A stretch of 64,000 nucleotides of DNA from assembly GCA_965213925.1 (NCBI GenBank), contig OZ243927.1, forward strand, positions 1,408,001-1,472,000, in the 5' to 3' direction. The stretch comes from Trueperaceae bacterium (GTDB taxonomy: Bacteria > Deinococcota > Deinococci > Deinococcales > Trueperaceae). The position numbers were made by a program, and so were the translations under genes. Below the pieces are notes generated by a model. The model made no database searches. It was not told where the DNA came from and saw nothing but the letters and a program-made list of their open reading frames with translations. Of the stretch, positions 1 to 8,774 are shown piece by piece (positions within the stretch are counted from its first letter, which is position 1; the number at the start of each line of letters is the position of its first letter).

Positions 1-1429
1 TGGTCGCCAAAAGCGTTTCGTGGACGTCTAAGCGGGTTAAATATGTGCTGTGCACGTCACGCTGACTCCTGAGCCTGAGATACTCGGCGACGCGGTTGAT
101 CCGGGCGACGTCAGTATATTTTTGCAGCTTGCCGGGCAACGCGCCGCTTAGAGCGTCGAGGCGCGCCTGCGGCAGCTTCGCCGTTTGTTCCAAGATAGAC
201 GCGACGGGCGAACGCAGCGCGTAGGGAAAGCGCTGCAGGGTATTCCAGCGGCTCCGGTTCTGCAAGTAGGCGTCGTACCCGCCGAACAGCTCGTCGCCTC
301 CGTCACCGGAGAGGCTGACCGTCACCTCGCGCCGCGCTAGCTCCGAAATGAGAAAGATCGGAATCTGCGAGGCGTCGGCGAAAGGTTCGTCGTAGAGCCG
401 AGGGAGCTTGGGAATTACCGCCATCGCATCCTCAGGCGCGACGTAGAGTTCGGTATGGTCGGTGCCCAGATGCTCTGCGACCTCCTTAGCGTGATGCGCC
501 TCGTTGAATCGTTCTTCGTTGAAGCCGACCGTGAAGGTCTTGACGGGTTGCGTGCTCTGCGCCTGCATCAAAGCGACGACCGCCGAAGAGTCGACGCCGC
601 CCGACAAAAACCCGCCTAAGGGCACGTCGGCGACCATGCGGCACCCTACCGCCTCGGCGAGCTGGTCGTGGAGCGCGTCCGCCGCCTCTTCCGCGCTGCC
701 CTCGAAAGGACAGCTTACGCCCGCTTGCGCCACCTCGTACGCCGACCAATACGCCTGCGGCTCCGCTCTCTCTAAAGGATGCTGCAGCTTGACGATCGTC
801 CCCGGCGGCAATTTGTAAATATCTTGATAGACGCTCTCGGGACTCGGAATATAGCGGTAACGCAAGTACATCCCGATGCCGCGCTGATTTAAGCACCCCC
901 GGAAGTCGGGGTGCTGCTTGAGCGTGTGGAGTTCGGAGCCGAAGAGGAAGGTCGGGCCGCTCCAGCCGTAGTAGAGCGGTTTGATGCCTAAGCGGTCGCG
1001 CACCAAGTAGAGCGCGCCCTCGGCGCGGTCCCAGAGAGCGAAGGCGAACATGCCGACGAAACGCCCGACCGCCTCCTCTAAGCCCCAGCGCTCAATAGCC
1101 TCTAAGATAACCTCCGTATCTGAATGCCCCCGCCAGGCGTGTGGACCGTTCCGGTCTAGCTCGGCGCGCAGCGCTTCGAAGTTGTAAATCTCACCGTTAT
1201 AGATAAGGACGTAGCGCCCGCTCGCCGAGGGCATCGGCTGGTGTCCCTCGGGCGACAGGTCGATGATCGACAGACGCCTGTGACCGAGCGCGACGCCGCG
1301 CTCCTGGTCGCACCAGTATCCCTGATCGTCCGGTCCGCGGTATGAAATCGCGTCCGTCATCTGCCGCACCGTTTGCGCTAAGTCGCTCGGCTCGTCTCGC
1401 TTGGTCCAAAAGCCTGTTAGTCCACACAT
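1..1429 (-). CDS. asnB: Asparagine synthase (glutamine-hydrolysing)-like amidotransferase, runs off the left edge
   Basis: Read manually on the minus strand from ATG 1429: MCGLTGFW (Ntn Cys2), HRRLSIIDL, YNGEIYN, FLSGGVDSS, LSGDGGDELFGGY. Confidence 0.92.
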   Translation of the reverse strand, partial: MCGLTGFWTKRDEPSDLAQTVRQMTDAISYRGPDDQGYWCDQERGVALGHRRLSIIDLSPEGHQPMPSASGRYVLIYNGEIYNFEALRAELDRNGPHAWRGHSDTEVILEAIERWGLEEAVGRFVGMFAFALWDRAEGALYLVRDRLGIKPLYYGWSGPTFLFGSELHTLKQHPDFRGCLNQRGIGMYLRYRYIPSPESVYQDIYKLPPGTIVKLQHPLERAEPQAYWSAYEVAQAGVSCPFEGSAEEAADALHDQLAEAVGCRMVADVPLGGFLSGGVDSSAVVALMQAQSTQPVKTFTVGFNEERFNEAHHAKEVAEHLGTDHTELYVAPEDAMAVIPKLPRLYDEPFADASQIPIFLISELARREVTVSLSGDGGDELFGGYDAYLQNRSRWNTLQRFPYALRSPVASILEQTAKLPQARLDALSGALPGKLQKYTDVARINRVAEYLRLRSQRDVHSTYLTRLDVHETLLAT

Positions 1430-1700
1430 GTCATTCCTCCAGCGCCCCTAACGGCAGCCGTTTCACATTTCGCTACGCTAACTGAGAGCGTCTTTTCGCC
1501 CAGTGGGAGCGGCACTACGCAACTGTGCTTCGTGCACCATCTCTCCGCGCGCCCGTTCGCACATCGCTTCGCCGTGACAAAGAAACGCAGAAGCGCCGCT
1601 CGCATCACGCTGCGGTACCCCTCGCTACCTGAACATTCCCGACTAAGGCAACCAAATCCACGGCTAAATTCGGTGTGGCGCGCGCGCAGCGCCGCCTTTA

Positions 1701-1904
1701 GTACACTGTTAAGCAAAAAGTGAATCATGTCATTCTGAACGGAACGAAGCCCCCTTTCGGGGATGAACGATGGAGAGAAAGAATCTCGTCTTCCATTCCC
1801 CGCCAGCCGAGATTGTGAGGCGAGACCCTTACGTCTTCGCCGGACTTCGTCTGACTGCGTGAACAGGGTGACAACAGTACTGCAAAACTTACTTAACATT
1901 GTAT
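1701..1904 (-). mobile_element. MITE-like element copy A
   Basis: Ends GTACACTGTTAAG ... CTTAACATTGTAT, flanked by TTA on both sides; internal GTCATTCTG..AAGAATCTC and GAGACCCTT..CAGGGTGAC arms. Confidence 0.8.
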
Positions 1905-1907
1905 TTA

Positions 1908-2072
1908 GTACAGCGCTAAGTAAAAAACGAGTTGTGTCATTCTGAATGAAGCGAAGCGGAATGAAGAATCTCTGCATTTGCCTCTTCCTCTGACAGAGAT
2001 TGTAATGCGAGACCCCTCGGCTGCGCTCGGGGTGACATTCACGGATGCCGCACAACTTAACTAACAGTGTAT
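1908..2072 (-). mobile_element. MITE-like element copy B, tandem with A
   Basis: Ends GTACAGCGCTAAG ... ACTAACAGTGTAT; TTA flanks, the left TTA shared with copy A; same internal arms. Confidence 0.8.
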
Positions 2073-2081
2073 TTAGCACCC

Positions 2082-3602
2082 TCACAGCTCCGCCAACTTG
2101 CGTTCGATAGGCTTAGGCAAATACTTGCCGACGAGTTGCACGATCCAGATGCCGTCTTCGCCCAGCACCGCCTTCGGAAAAAACCAGATGAGCGCGAGCA
2201 CGCTTAGCGCGAGCACGAGACCCGAAACAGTCACGGTGAGTAGGGCGGGCGAGCCTACGCTACGTAAGGACGTTGCAAGCACCCACGATTCGGCGAGTAC
2301 CACACCGGCGAGCAGCGACGCCCGCAGATGAATCTGCGCGAACTTGCGCCAGCCTAACCCCGTAAGTTTGAGGCTGAGCTGCGCCATGAGCGCCGCGTTG
2401 GTGACGAGCGCCGCGAGCACGCCCACCGCGACCCCCACGAGCCCCCAATTCTGCCCGATGATCGCGCCGCCGATCACGCTCACCGCGTAGATAGCTTGCC
2501 GCCACGCCCGGCTATAGACCGCGCCCTTCGCTTTCACTAGAGTGTCGCTCAAACCTGCGTTCGAACGCATGATCGTGCCGATGACCAAAATTTGAAAGGG
2601 CAAAATCGCCTCGGTCCACTGCGGACCGAGCAGGATAAGCACGTACTCCGGCGCGAAGATGAAGAGCACGGCGCTCGCAGGCATCATGAAGAGTGCTGTG
2701 AACACCAAACCTCGCCGGTACACCGTACCAATCGTCTTCGCCTCGCTCTGCACCTTCGACATCGCCGGAAACAGCACGCCGTTAAGCGCCTCGCCGAAGA
2801 GCTGCGCGGGCAAGATCATGAGCTGATACGCCTTCTGATAAATCCCTATCGCCGCCGTGCTCAAAAACCGTCCCACCACGATGTTGTCGCCCTGGGTCGC
2901 CCCCCTATAGAGCACATCGGAAAGTGACTGCCCGCCCCCGAAGTAGAGCAGATGCCCCGCCGCCTCGCGGTCGAACTGCGGCCACTTGGGGTGAGGTTTG
3001 GCGACGAGGTAGATACACATAGAGAGCGCCTTTTGCGCCAACGTCCCGCCGATGAGCGCCCAAGGACCGAAGCCCAAGTAAGCTAGCACGATGCCGACCA
3101 ACCCGTATCCCAAAAAGTACGAGACCGCCCGCGTCCCCGCTTTGAGGCGGAAGTCGAGATCTCTGGACGCAAGCGACATCGCGACGACCGAAATGCCGTC
3201 GAGCAAAAGCCCGAGCGAGATGACACGCAACATCGGCACGAGCAGCGGCTCGTTATAGAAAGACGCAACCGGGGGAGACAACACCCAGAGCAGCGCTATA
3301 ATGACGAAGCTGAGCGCCACCGTCAGCGTAAAGCCGACCCTGACGTGCCGCGTTTCCAACACCTCGCGCTGCACCACCGCCGGACCCACGCCCAGCCGCG
3401 CGAACATATCCGTAAACGCCGTAACCGTGAGACACAGCGCGACGACCCCGAAGTCCGCCTCGGTCAGGAGTCGCGCCAACACGCCCAACACCACGATCTT
3501 TAAGACCGCCTGCGCGCCCGAGCCCGACGACGACCAAAAGAGCCCCACAAAAGTGCGGTGCGTCAGGTTGCTGCGCCCCTTGTCCAGCGGAGGTTTACTC
3601 AT
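2082..3602 (-). CDS. Wzx/PST-family polysaccharide flippase
   Basis: 506 aa multi-TM protein; LARLLTEADFG, DNIVVGRFL..IGIYQKAYQL, VLFPAMSKVQ motifs. Confidence 0.88.
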   Translation of the reverse strand: MSKPPLDKGRSNLTHRTFVGLFWSSSGSGAQAVLKIVVLGVLARLLTEADFGVVALCLTVTAFTDMFARLGVGPAVVQREVLETRHVRVGFTLTVALSFVIIALLWVLSPPVASFYNEPLLVPMLRVISLGLLLDGISVVAMSLASRDLDFRLKAGTRAVSYFLGYGLVGIVLAYLGFGPWALIGGTLAQKALSMCIYLVAKPHPKWPQFDREAAGHLLYFGGGQSLSDVLYRGATQGDNIVVGRFLSTAAIGIYQKAYQLMILPAQLFGEALNGVLFPAMSKVQSEAKTIGTVYRRGLVFTALFMMPASAVLFIFAPEYVLILLGPQWTEAILPFQILVIGTIMRSNAGLSDTLVKAKGAVYSRAWRQAIYAVSVIGGAIIGQNWGLVGVAVGVLAALVTNAALMAQLSLKLTGLGWRKFAQIHLRASLLAGVVLAESWVLATSLRSVGSPALLTVTVSGLVLALSVLALIWFFPKAVLGEDGIWIVQLVGKYLPKPIERKLAEL

Positions 3603-3845
3603 AGGTTGTTCGCAGGCTGACTCATAGGTGATTCCGTAACTAAGATTCGCCCTGTTGCGGCGTGAGAAGAAAATACTGAGAGGTGTTTATGGCTCCGCGC
3701 CGTGCTCTAAGTAGGAGAGCCGCGCAGAACAACAGCAAGAGCGTAGTAAAAAGCCGCGGACCTCGCTCAGAGCAGCATATCAGATAGCCTTCTGTGAAAA
3801 GATATAAGTTTCACATCTCGCTTCAGATTAGAGAAGCAAGGCAAT

Positions 3846-3873
3846 AAAAAAGAAGACCCCGAGGGGCCTTCTC
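3846..3873 (-). terminator. Intrinsic terminator
   Basis: Minus strand GAGAAGGCCCCTCGGGGTCTTC followed by a T-run, just after the 3895 stop. Confidence 0.6.
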
Positions 3874-3894
3874 GAAAAGGGTAGGTATACCTTG

Positions 3895-4896
3895 TTAGTT
3901 GGCGGGCGTAGCAGGCGTAGTTTCTGCCGTGTTGACATACCCACGGTTACCGAAGCCACCAATGTTCACATCGTTGACTTGGACGCGGAAGACATAAGCA
4001 AACTCGCCGTCGTTAAGGTCGCTTTCGTCCGCAGCAGGCGAGGTCTGGACCGGGTAGACACACTCAACGCTTGTCGGTGCTGGTGTAGCCGTGAGATCAC
4101 AGTCATCGGTGCTGACAGGTGCACCTAGCGTGAAGCCTTGGACCGCAGTATCTTGCTCTAAAGGTACGACGTCGTTTTCAGGGTCGTCGTCAATATCGAG
4201 GTTTCTGAGCTGGAGGGTGATTTCGCTGATGCCGTCGGCGGCGCTAGCGTTGACCTGAACGTAGAAGGTCTCGGAGTTGCTGGCGTCAATTTCTACGACT
4301 CGAGGATCATCTTCGTTATCAATGCCATTCTCGTTAGTGCCGTCCGCACCGTCGTTTAAGAAAGGACCGGTTTGACTGTCCGCTACGCCAAAAGCCGACA
4401 CGGTTGGTTCCGTATCCCCACCGGGATCAGTCGGATCGGTTGGATCAGTCGGGTCAGTACCAGGCTCAGCAATCGTCGCCGTCACCGTATCGGTCGCCGA
4501 GTCCGTTCCGTCATCCGCATCAACTTCTATTGTATAAGTACCAGCCTCGGAGAACGTAACAGTTGTTGTCTGACCTGTTTCAGGCGTGAAGGCTGCGCCA
4601 GTATCGGGGCTAACGGACCACGAGTACGTCACACTGCCGTCGGCGTTTTCGGCTGTCGCTGTAAAGTCTTGTACGAGGGTGCCAGCGTCTATGCTACCGC
4701 CTGTTTCACCACCGCCCGTGCTACTGCCGCCCGTCGGTAGTGTTTCACTATACGTAGCTGGAGTGATGCTAACCGTAAGAGGGTCGCCGTTGCCGTTGCC
4801 GTTGTCGTCACCACCATTACACGCCGCGATAGCGAGTACAAGCACGAGCAGGAGCGGAACGAACCGCACCCACAATTTATTAGACAGTTGTTGCAT
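3895..4896 (-). CDS. Acidic lipoprotein with PKD/Ig-like domain and conserved C-terminal domain; paralogue of 5375..6172
   Basis: Lipobox LAIAAC; VTYSW..TFSEAGTYTIEV PKD-like segment; TDP repeats; ATG 4896 follows GGAGG. Confidence 0.8.
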   Translation of the reverse strand: MQQLSNKLWVRFVPLLLVLVLAIAACNGGDDNGNGNGDPLTVSITPATYSETLPTGGSSTGGGETGGSIDAGTLVQDFTATAENADGSVTYSWSVSPDTGAAFTPETGQTTTVTFSEAGTYTIEVDADDGTDSATDTVTATIAEPGTDPTDPTDPTDPGGDTEPTVSAFGVADSQTGPFLNDGADGTNENGIDNEDDPRVVEIDASNSETFYVQVNASAADGISEITLQLRNLDIDDDPENDVVPLEQDTAVQGFTLGAPVSTDDCDLTATPAPTSVECVYPVQTSPAADESDLNDGEFAYVFRVQVNDVNIGGFGNRGYVNTAETTPATPAN

Positions 4897-5374
4897 GTAA
4901 TCTTCCTCCATCTCTCATGTCTTGCTGCTTCTGTTTATACTCTCAAAACGTTGCCTTTAAGCGGCGTTGTTTACAAAGAGCCCAGTCACTTATAACATAA
5001 GGTTTTTCACTTGGCTACTCCCTGATATACTCTTTTTCTCCCCTATTTGATAGTTCGACCTCCTATCCGAACGGAAAGTGAAATTTTTTACACTTTAGCG
5101 CAATGCACAAGAGGGAAAATAGCGTAGTACCCGCTTCGCCTCACTTCGCCCGGTTTTTCGCGGATAAAATCCAACGTCTGAGGCAGTATTGGTAAAGATT
5201 AGTAAAGGGCGGTATATTAAGGCGCGCGTGGGCCAACTATGGAAGCGGAGGATGAGGTCTTTGTGAGGTATCTCGCTTCGCTGAAGCCTGATTTTGGTTA
5301 CACCTTAGATGAGGTATGAGAATTTACACTAAAGCCAGTAGAGAAACGCTCATGCTCACAAGAAAGAGGTCAGT

Positions 5375-6172
5375 ATGAACTATAAGGTAGCTTTTTCCAT
5401 CCTGTTCGTTTTAGGACTCGTCTTGGCGGCTTGCGCTCCCAGAACGCAGTCGGATACGTCGGGCGAAGTGAGAACCGAGTCGTCAGGCAATATGGCAGAG
5501 GAGATGACGGGCGGCGCGGCGGGTATGCAGGACATGGAGATGGGCACGGGCGGCGAGATGGATATGCAAGATGGCATGGAGATGGGCACAGGCGGCATGA
5601 CGGACATGGACAGCATGACGGGCGGCATGATGGACATGGACAGTATGACGGGCGGCGAGATGGACATGGAGATGGGTACGGGCGGCATGGGGGACATGTC
5701 GTCGGACGCGCAAACGGGCATGGAGAGCGATACGGAGCCGCCGATGGGAACGCTCGAGGCGGCGGCGAGCCCAGCCGGACCTTTTTATAACGACCGACCG
5801 GACGGCATCGACGACATCAGCGACGAGCGCGTCGTGAGCGTTTCGCCGGGCGACTCGTTCTTCTTGCGGGTACAGTACAGCGACGAGAGCGGCATCTCAG
5901 ACTTGGGCATTTCCCTCCGAAACTCGGCTTTCCAAGGAAACCTCCCTACCGGACCGTTTACGGTTGACGAGGCCGCGTCGACCTCTACTTGCGACGACCA
6001 GCTCGCTACGACACCTACCGAGCTTAACTGCACCATCAAAGTAGACGTGGCGGCGGACGCGCAGAACATCGACGAGAGCGGCGAGTTCGCCTACGTTTTC
6101 CGCGCCAGAGTCACTGACGCGGCGGACAATAGCGAGACCGACAACGACCGCGGCTACGTAGCAATTCGCTAA
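5375..6172 (+). CDS. Lipoprotein with Met-rich repeat region; paralogue of 3895..4896
   Basis: Lipobox LVLAAC; MDMDSMTGG repeats; shared GEFAYVFR..RGYV C-terminus. Confidence 0.85.
   Translation: MNYKVAFSILFVLGLVLAACAPRTQSDTSGEVRTESSGNMAEEMTGGAAGMQDMEMGTGGEMDMQDGMEMGTGGMTDMDSMTGGMMDMDSMTGGEMDMEMGTGGMGDMSSDAQTGMESDTEPPMGTLEAAASPAGPFYNDRPDGIDDISDERVVSVSPGDSFFLRVQYSDESGISDLGISLRNSAFQGNLPTGPFTVDEAASTSTCDDQLATTPTELNCTIKVDVAADAQNIDESGEFAYVFRARVTDAADNSETDNDRGYVAIR
5504..5725 (+). repeat. Coding tandem repeat of about 30 bp (MDMDSMTGG/MDMEMGTGG)
   Basis: Recurrent GGACATGGA...ACGGGCGGC units. Confidence 0.8.
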
Positions 6173-6196
6173 ATCCGCACCGAAGTATCAGTTTAC

Positions 6197-6232
6197 AAAG
6201 CCTCCTCACTACGGTTGAGGAGGCTTCTTTTG
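6197..6232 (+). terminator. Intrinsic terminator
   Basis: AAGCCTCCTCA-ctacggt-TGAGGAGGCTT followed by CTTTTG. Confidence 0.75.
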
Positions 6233-6248
6233 TTACTGTAGTGCCTGA

Positions 6249-6413
6249 ATACACCGTTAAGTAAATTCTGCGGCGTTGTTGTCACCCTGAGCCGAAGGCG
6301 TAAGGGTCTCGTCTTTCGTTCTCTGTCAAAGGAGTCAGCAAGGTCAGAGATTCTTTCACTCCGCTATCGCTACGTTCAGAATGACATGGTTCATTATTTG
6401 GTTGACAGAGTAC
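6249..6413 (+). mobile_element. MITE-like element copy C
   Basis: Ends ATACACCGTTAAG ... GTTGACAGAGTAC; flanks TGA/TTA; arms GTCACCCTGAGCCGAAGGCGTAAGGGTCTC and GAGATTCTT..CAGAATGAC. Confidence 0.8.
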
Positions 6414-6462
6414 TTAGTACGAGTGCGCTTCATTTGGCGGGCGAAAGGTGCTATAACCGCAA

Positions 6463-8184
6463 GTGGTGGCAGTTACGTCCGAACGACTTTCACGATTATA
6501 TATAGATAGGGAGCGCGTCCTCTGGCTGGGATGCTTCGCGCTGATGGCGGCGCTGTCGCTCGCGCTCGTCTGGGGCTTTCCTTTCGTGCCGACGCAGGAC
6601 GGTCCGGCGCACTTAGACGCGGCGGCGACCCTCTTGGCGCTGTCCGAGGGTGACACGTTTTTCAGCACCTTCTTCGAGGCGCAGTGGCGTTTGGGGACCA
6701 ATCAGCTCTATCACGCCTTGCTCGTTTTGCTCGGCTCGTTCATTCCTCTGCTGCTCGCCGAAAAGCTCATCCTCAGCGTTTACGTGCTCGCCGTCCCTCT
6801 TTCGGTGCTGTTTGCGCTGCGCGGGCTAGAGCGGGCAAACGCTTTAGCGGTCTTTTTGGCGTTTCCGGTCACTTATCCCTTCGTTTTCTATCTGGGGTTT
6901 TACAACTTCTGCTTAGGGCTGGTCTTTTTTCTGTTGACGTTGGGCGTTTATCTTAGGCTGGTGAGAGCCGAGACGGGTCGGCGCAGAGCCTACCTCACCG
7001 CCCTACTCGCGCTCTGCCTCGCGCTCTGTTACGCCGCGCATATCGTCTCAGCCGCGAACGCGCTCTTGGTGCTCGGCGTCATGCTGGGCGCGTCGCTGCT
7101 GAGGGGGCAGGCTCAGGCAGCGCGTAACGCGCTCCTGGTGGCGGCGGTGGCTCTGCCTAGCGCGCTCTTCATCCTCGCCTTCTTCGTGGGTCAGCCCACC
7201 GGCGACCTGGACGGGACGACGAAATTTTTGAGCGTACCGCGCCTCATCGCTGAATTTTTCGTGCACGTCCCTGACCTGCCTTACAAGGTCTACAGCCCGC
7301 TTATCATTCACTCCTGGCTCGACGTACTCTTCACCGCGCCCTGGCATCTGCTCCTCGTGACGCTCGCCGGGCTTGCCGCGCTCAGATGCGTGCGCGCCCG
7401 GCGCGTTGTGCAGCCCGACCTCTTAGCCGCGCTCGCTGCGATGCTCCTTATCATCTTATGGACGCCTAACCGTCTGGGCGAAATCGGCTTCCTGACCGAC
7501 CGCTTTTTGCCGTACGGTTACGCGCTCCTCACCTTGTGGCTCGCGGCGGTGGAGTTTTCGTCCCGTCTCTGGCGGCTGGCGGCGGTGGCGGCGGTCATCT
7601 GCGGGGGGGCGCTCTTCATCTACCGCCTGCCCTTGCACGCGATGCTCAACGCGAACCTGCTCGAGTTCACCTCGGCGGCGGCGGTCCTCGAGGACGATAG
7701 CACCGCCCTGCCACTCATCTTGGTCAAAAACGATAACGCCTACGCGCCCACAGGTCTCGTGCTGCCGAACATGCGCTACAGCGAGGTGCTTCACGCGGTA
7801 GGGTACATCGCTTTGGAGCGTTCGCTCGTGACCCTGAACGATTACCAGGCGGCGAAGGGGTACTTTCCGCAGCGCTACGAGGCGGCGACGAGCCCGGTCG
7901 TGCACCTCAGCGAGGGAGGGTTAGCGGCGCTCGAGCGTCCCCCCTTCGCCTTCGACTTGCGGGCTTACGAAGCCGAAACAGGGGAGAGCGTGGACTATCT
8001 GCTCCTCTGGGGCGACTTAGAAGAGGTCGGGGAGCGCCCGGACGTGCAGGCTATCTTCGCGCAGCTAGCGGCTTACGACCTCATCTACACCTCCGAGCCG
8101 CGCGCGCTGATGCGCGTCTACGCGCGGTCCGCGCTATCGTCGGTGGAGGGGCCGAAACGAGTCGAAGCGGGACCGAGACCGTGA
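6463..8184 (+). CDS. Multi-TM membrane protein, putative GT-C-fold glycosyltransferase
   Basis: About 12 TM segments; PTQDGPAH after the first TM, GFYNF, DRFLP; soluble C-terminal domain. Confidence 0.6.
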   Translation: MVAVTSERLSRLYIDRERVLWLGCFALMAALSLALVWGFPFVPTQDGPAHLDAAATLLALSEGDTFFSTFFEAQWRLGTNQLYHALLVLLGSFIPLLLAEKLILSVYVLAVPLSVLFALRGLERANALAVFLAFPVTYPFVFYLGFYNFCLGLVFFLLTLGVYLRLVRAETGRRRAYLTALLALCLALCYAAHIVSAANALLVLGVMLGASLLRGQAQAARNALLVAAVALPSALFILAFFVGQPTGDLDGTTKFLSVPRLIAEFFVHVPDLPYKVYSPLIIHSWLDVLFTAPWHLLLVTLAGLAALRCVRARRVVQPDLLAALAAMLLIILWTPNRLGEIGFLTDRFLPYGYALLTLWLAAVEFSSRLWRLAAVAAVICGGALFIYRLPLHAMLNANLLEFTSAAAVLEDDSTALPLILVKNDNAYAPTGLVLPNMRYSEVLHAVGYIALERSLVTLNDYQAAKGYFPQRYEAATSPVVHLSEGGLAALERPPFAFDLRAYEAETGESVDYLLLWGDLEEVGERPDVQAIFAQLAAYDLIYTSEPRALMRVYARSALSSVEGPKRVEAGPRP

Positions 8185-8774
8185 CGCCCCTCGGACACCT
8201 CGCCGTTTCCTACAGCCTCGCCAAGGTTAGTCTTGCTAAGGTGCCTGCTCGTCCCTCCGTTTTGCCCTACGTCATCGTGGGCGGACTCGCGCCGGACCTC
8301 GACTTCTTGTTGCTTGGTTTGCCGAACTTCAACGCGCTGCACCGCTCGCTCACCCACAACCTCTTTTTCGTCTTGGCGGTTGCGGTACTTTGCGTTCTTT
8401 TCGTACACTCGAGGCGTGGCGCTCAGCGCGGTGTGGGCGCGGTCCCCTTAGTCGCTATTTCCTTAGGCGCTGTGACGGGTGGGCTAAGTCATCTTTTTGT
8501 AGACGCTATCCTTGACAGTAATGCGAGCAACGGCGTGGGCGTGGCGGCGCTGTGGCCCCTAAGCGAGCAGTTCTTCTCGCCCTTTAACCTGGCTCCGCAG
8601 CGCTGCCCCGGCTGGGACGACCCTCCCTCAGCCGTTCTCTGCAACTTGCCACTCCTTCTCTGGGAGGTGCCCGCTTACCTCCTCGCCGCGCCTCTCTGGT
8701 GGCGCACCAGAACGCACCGCATGAAGAACACCGCATGTCAACAGGAACCGAGTAAGGAAAAGGTACGTTTATGA
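8181..8774 (+). CDS. YdjM-like membrane metal-dependent hydrolase
   Basis: GH, PDLD, HRSLTH and SHLFVD motifs. Confidence 0.85.
   Translation: MTPLGHLAVSYSLAKVSLAKVPARPSVLPYVIVGGLAPDLDFLLLGLPNFNALHRSLTHNLFFVLAVAVLCVLFVHSRRGAQRGVGAVPLVAISLGAVTGGLSHLFVDAILDSNASNGVGVAALWPLSEQFFSPFNLAPQRCPGWDDPPSAVLCNLPLLLWEVPAYLLAAPLWWRTRTHRMKNTACQQEPSKEKVRL

Noticed and set aside
1701..2072. Tandem repeats as a CRISPR array
   Set aside because: Units are 165-204 bp with TIRs; no constant repeat-spacer pattern and no cas genes.
1417..2085. 222-aa minus-strand ORF between the flippase and asnB
   Set aside because: It runs through MITE copies A and B, and its internal peptide repeats mirror the DNA repeats; no protein-like motifs.
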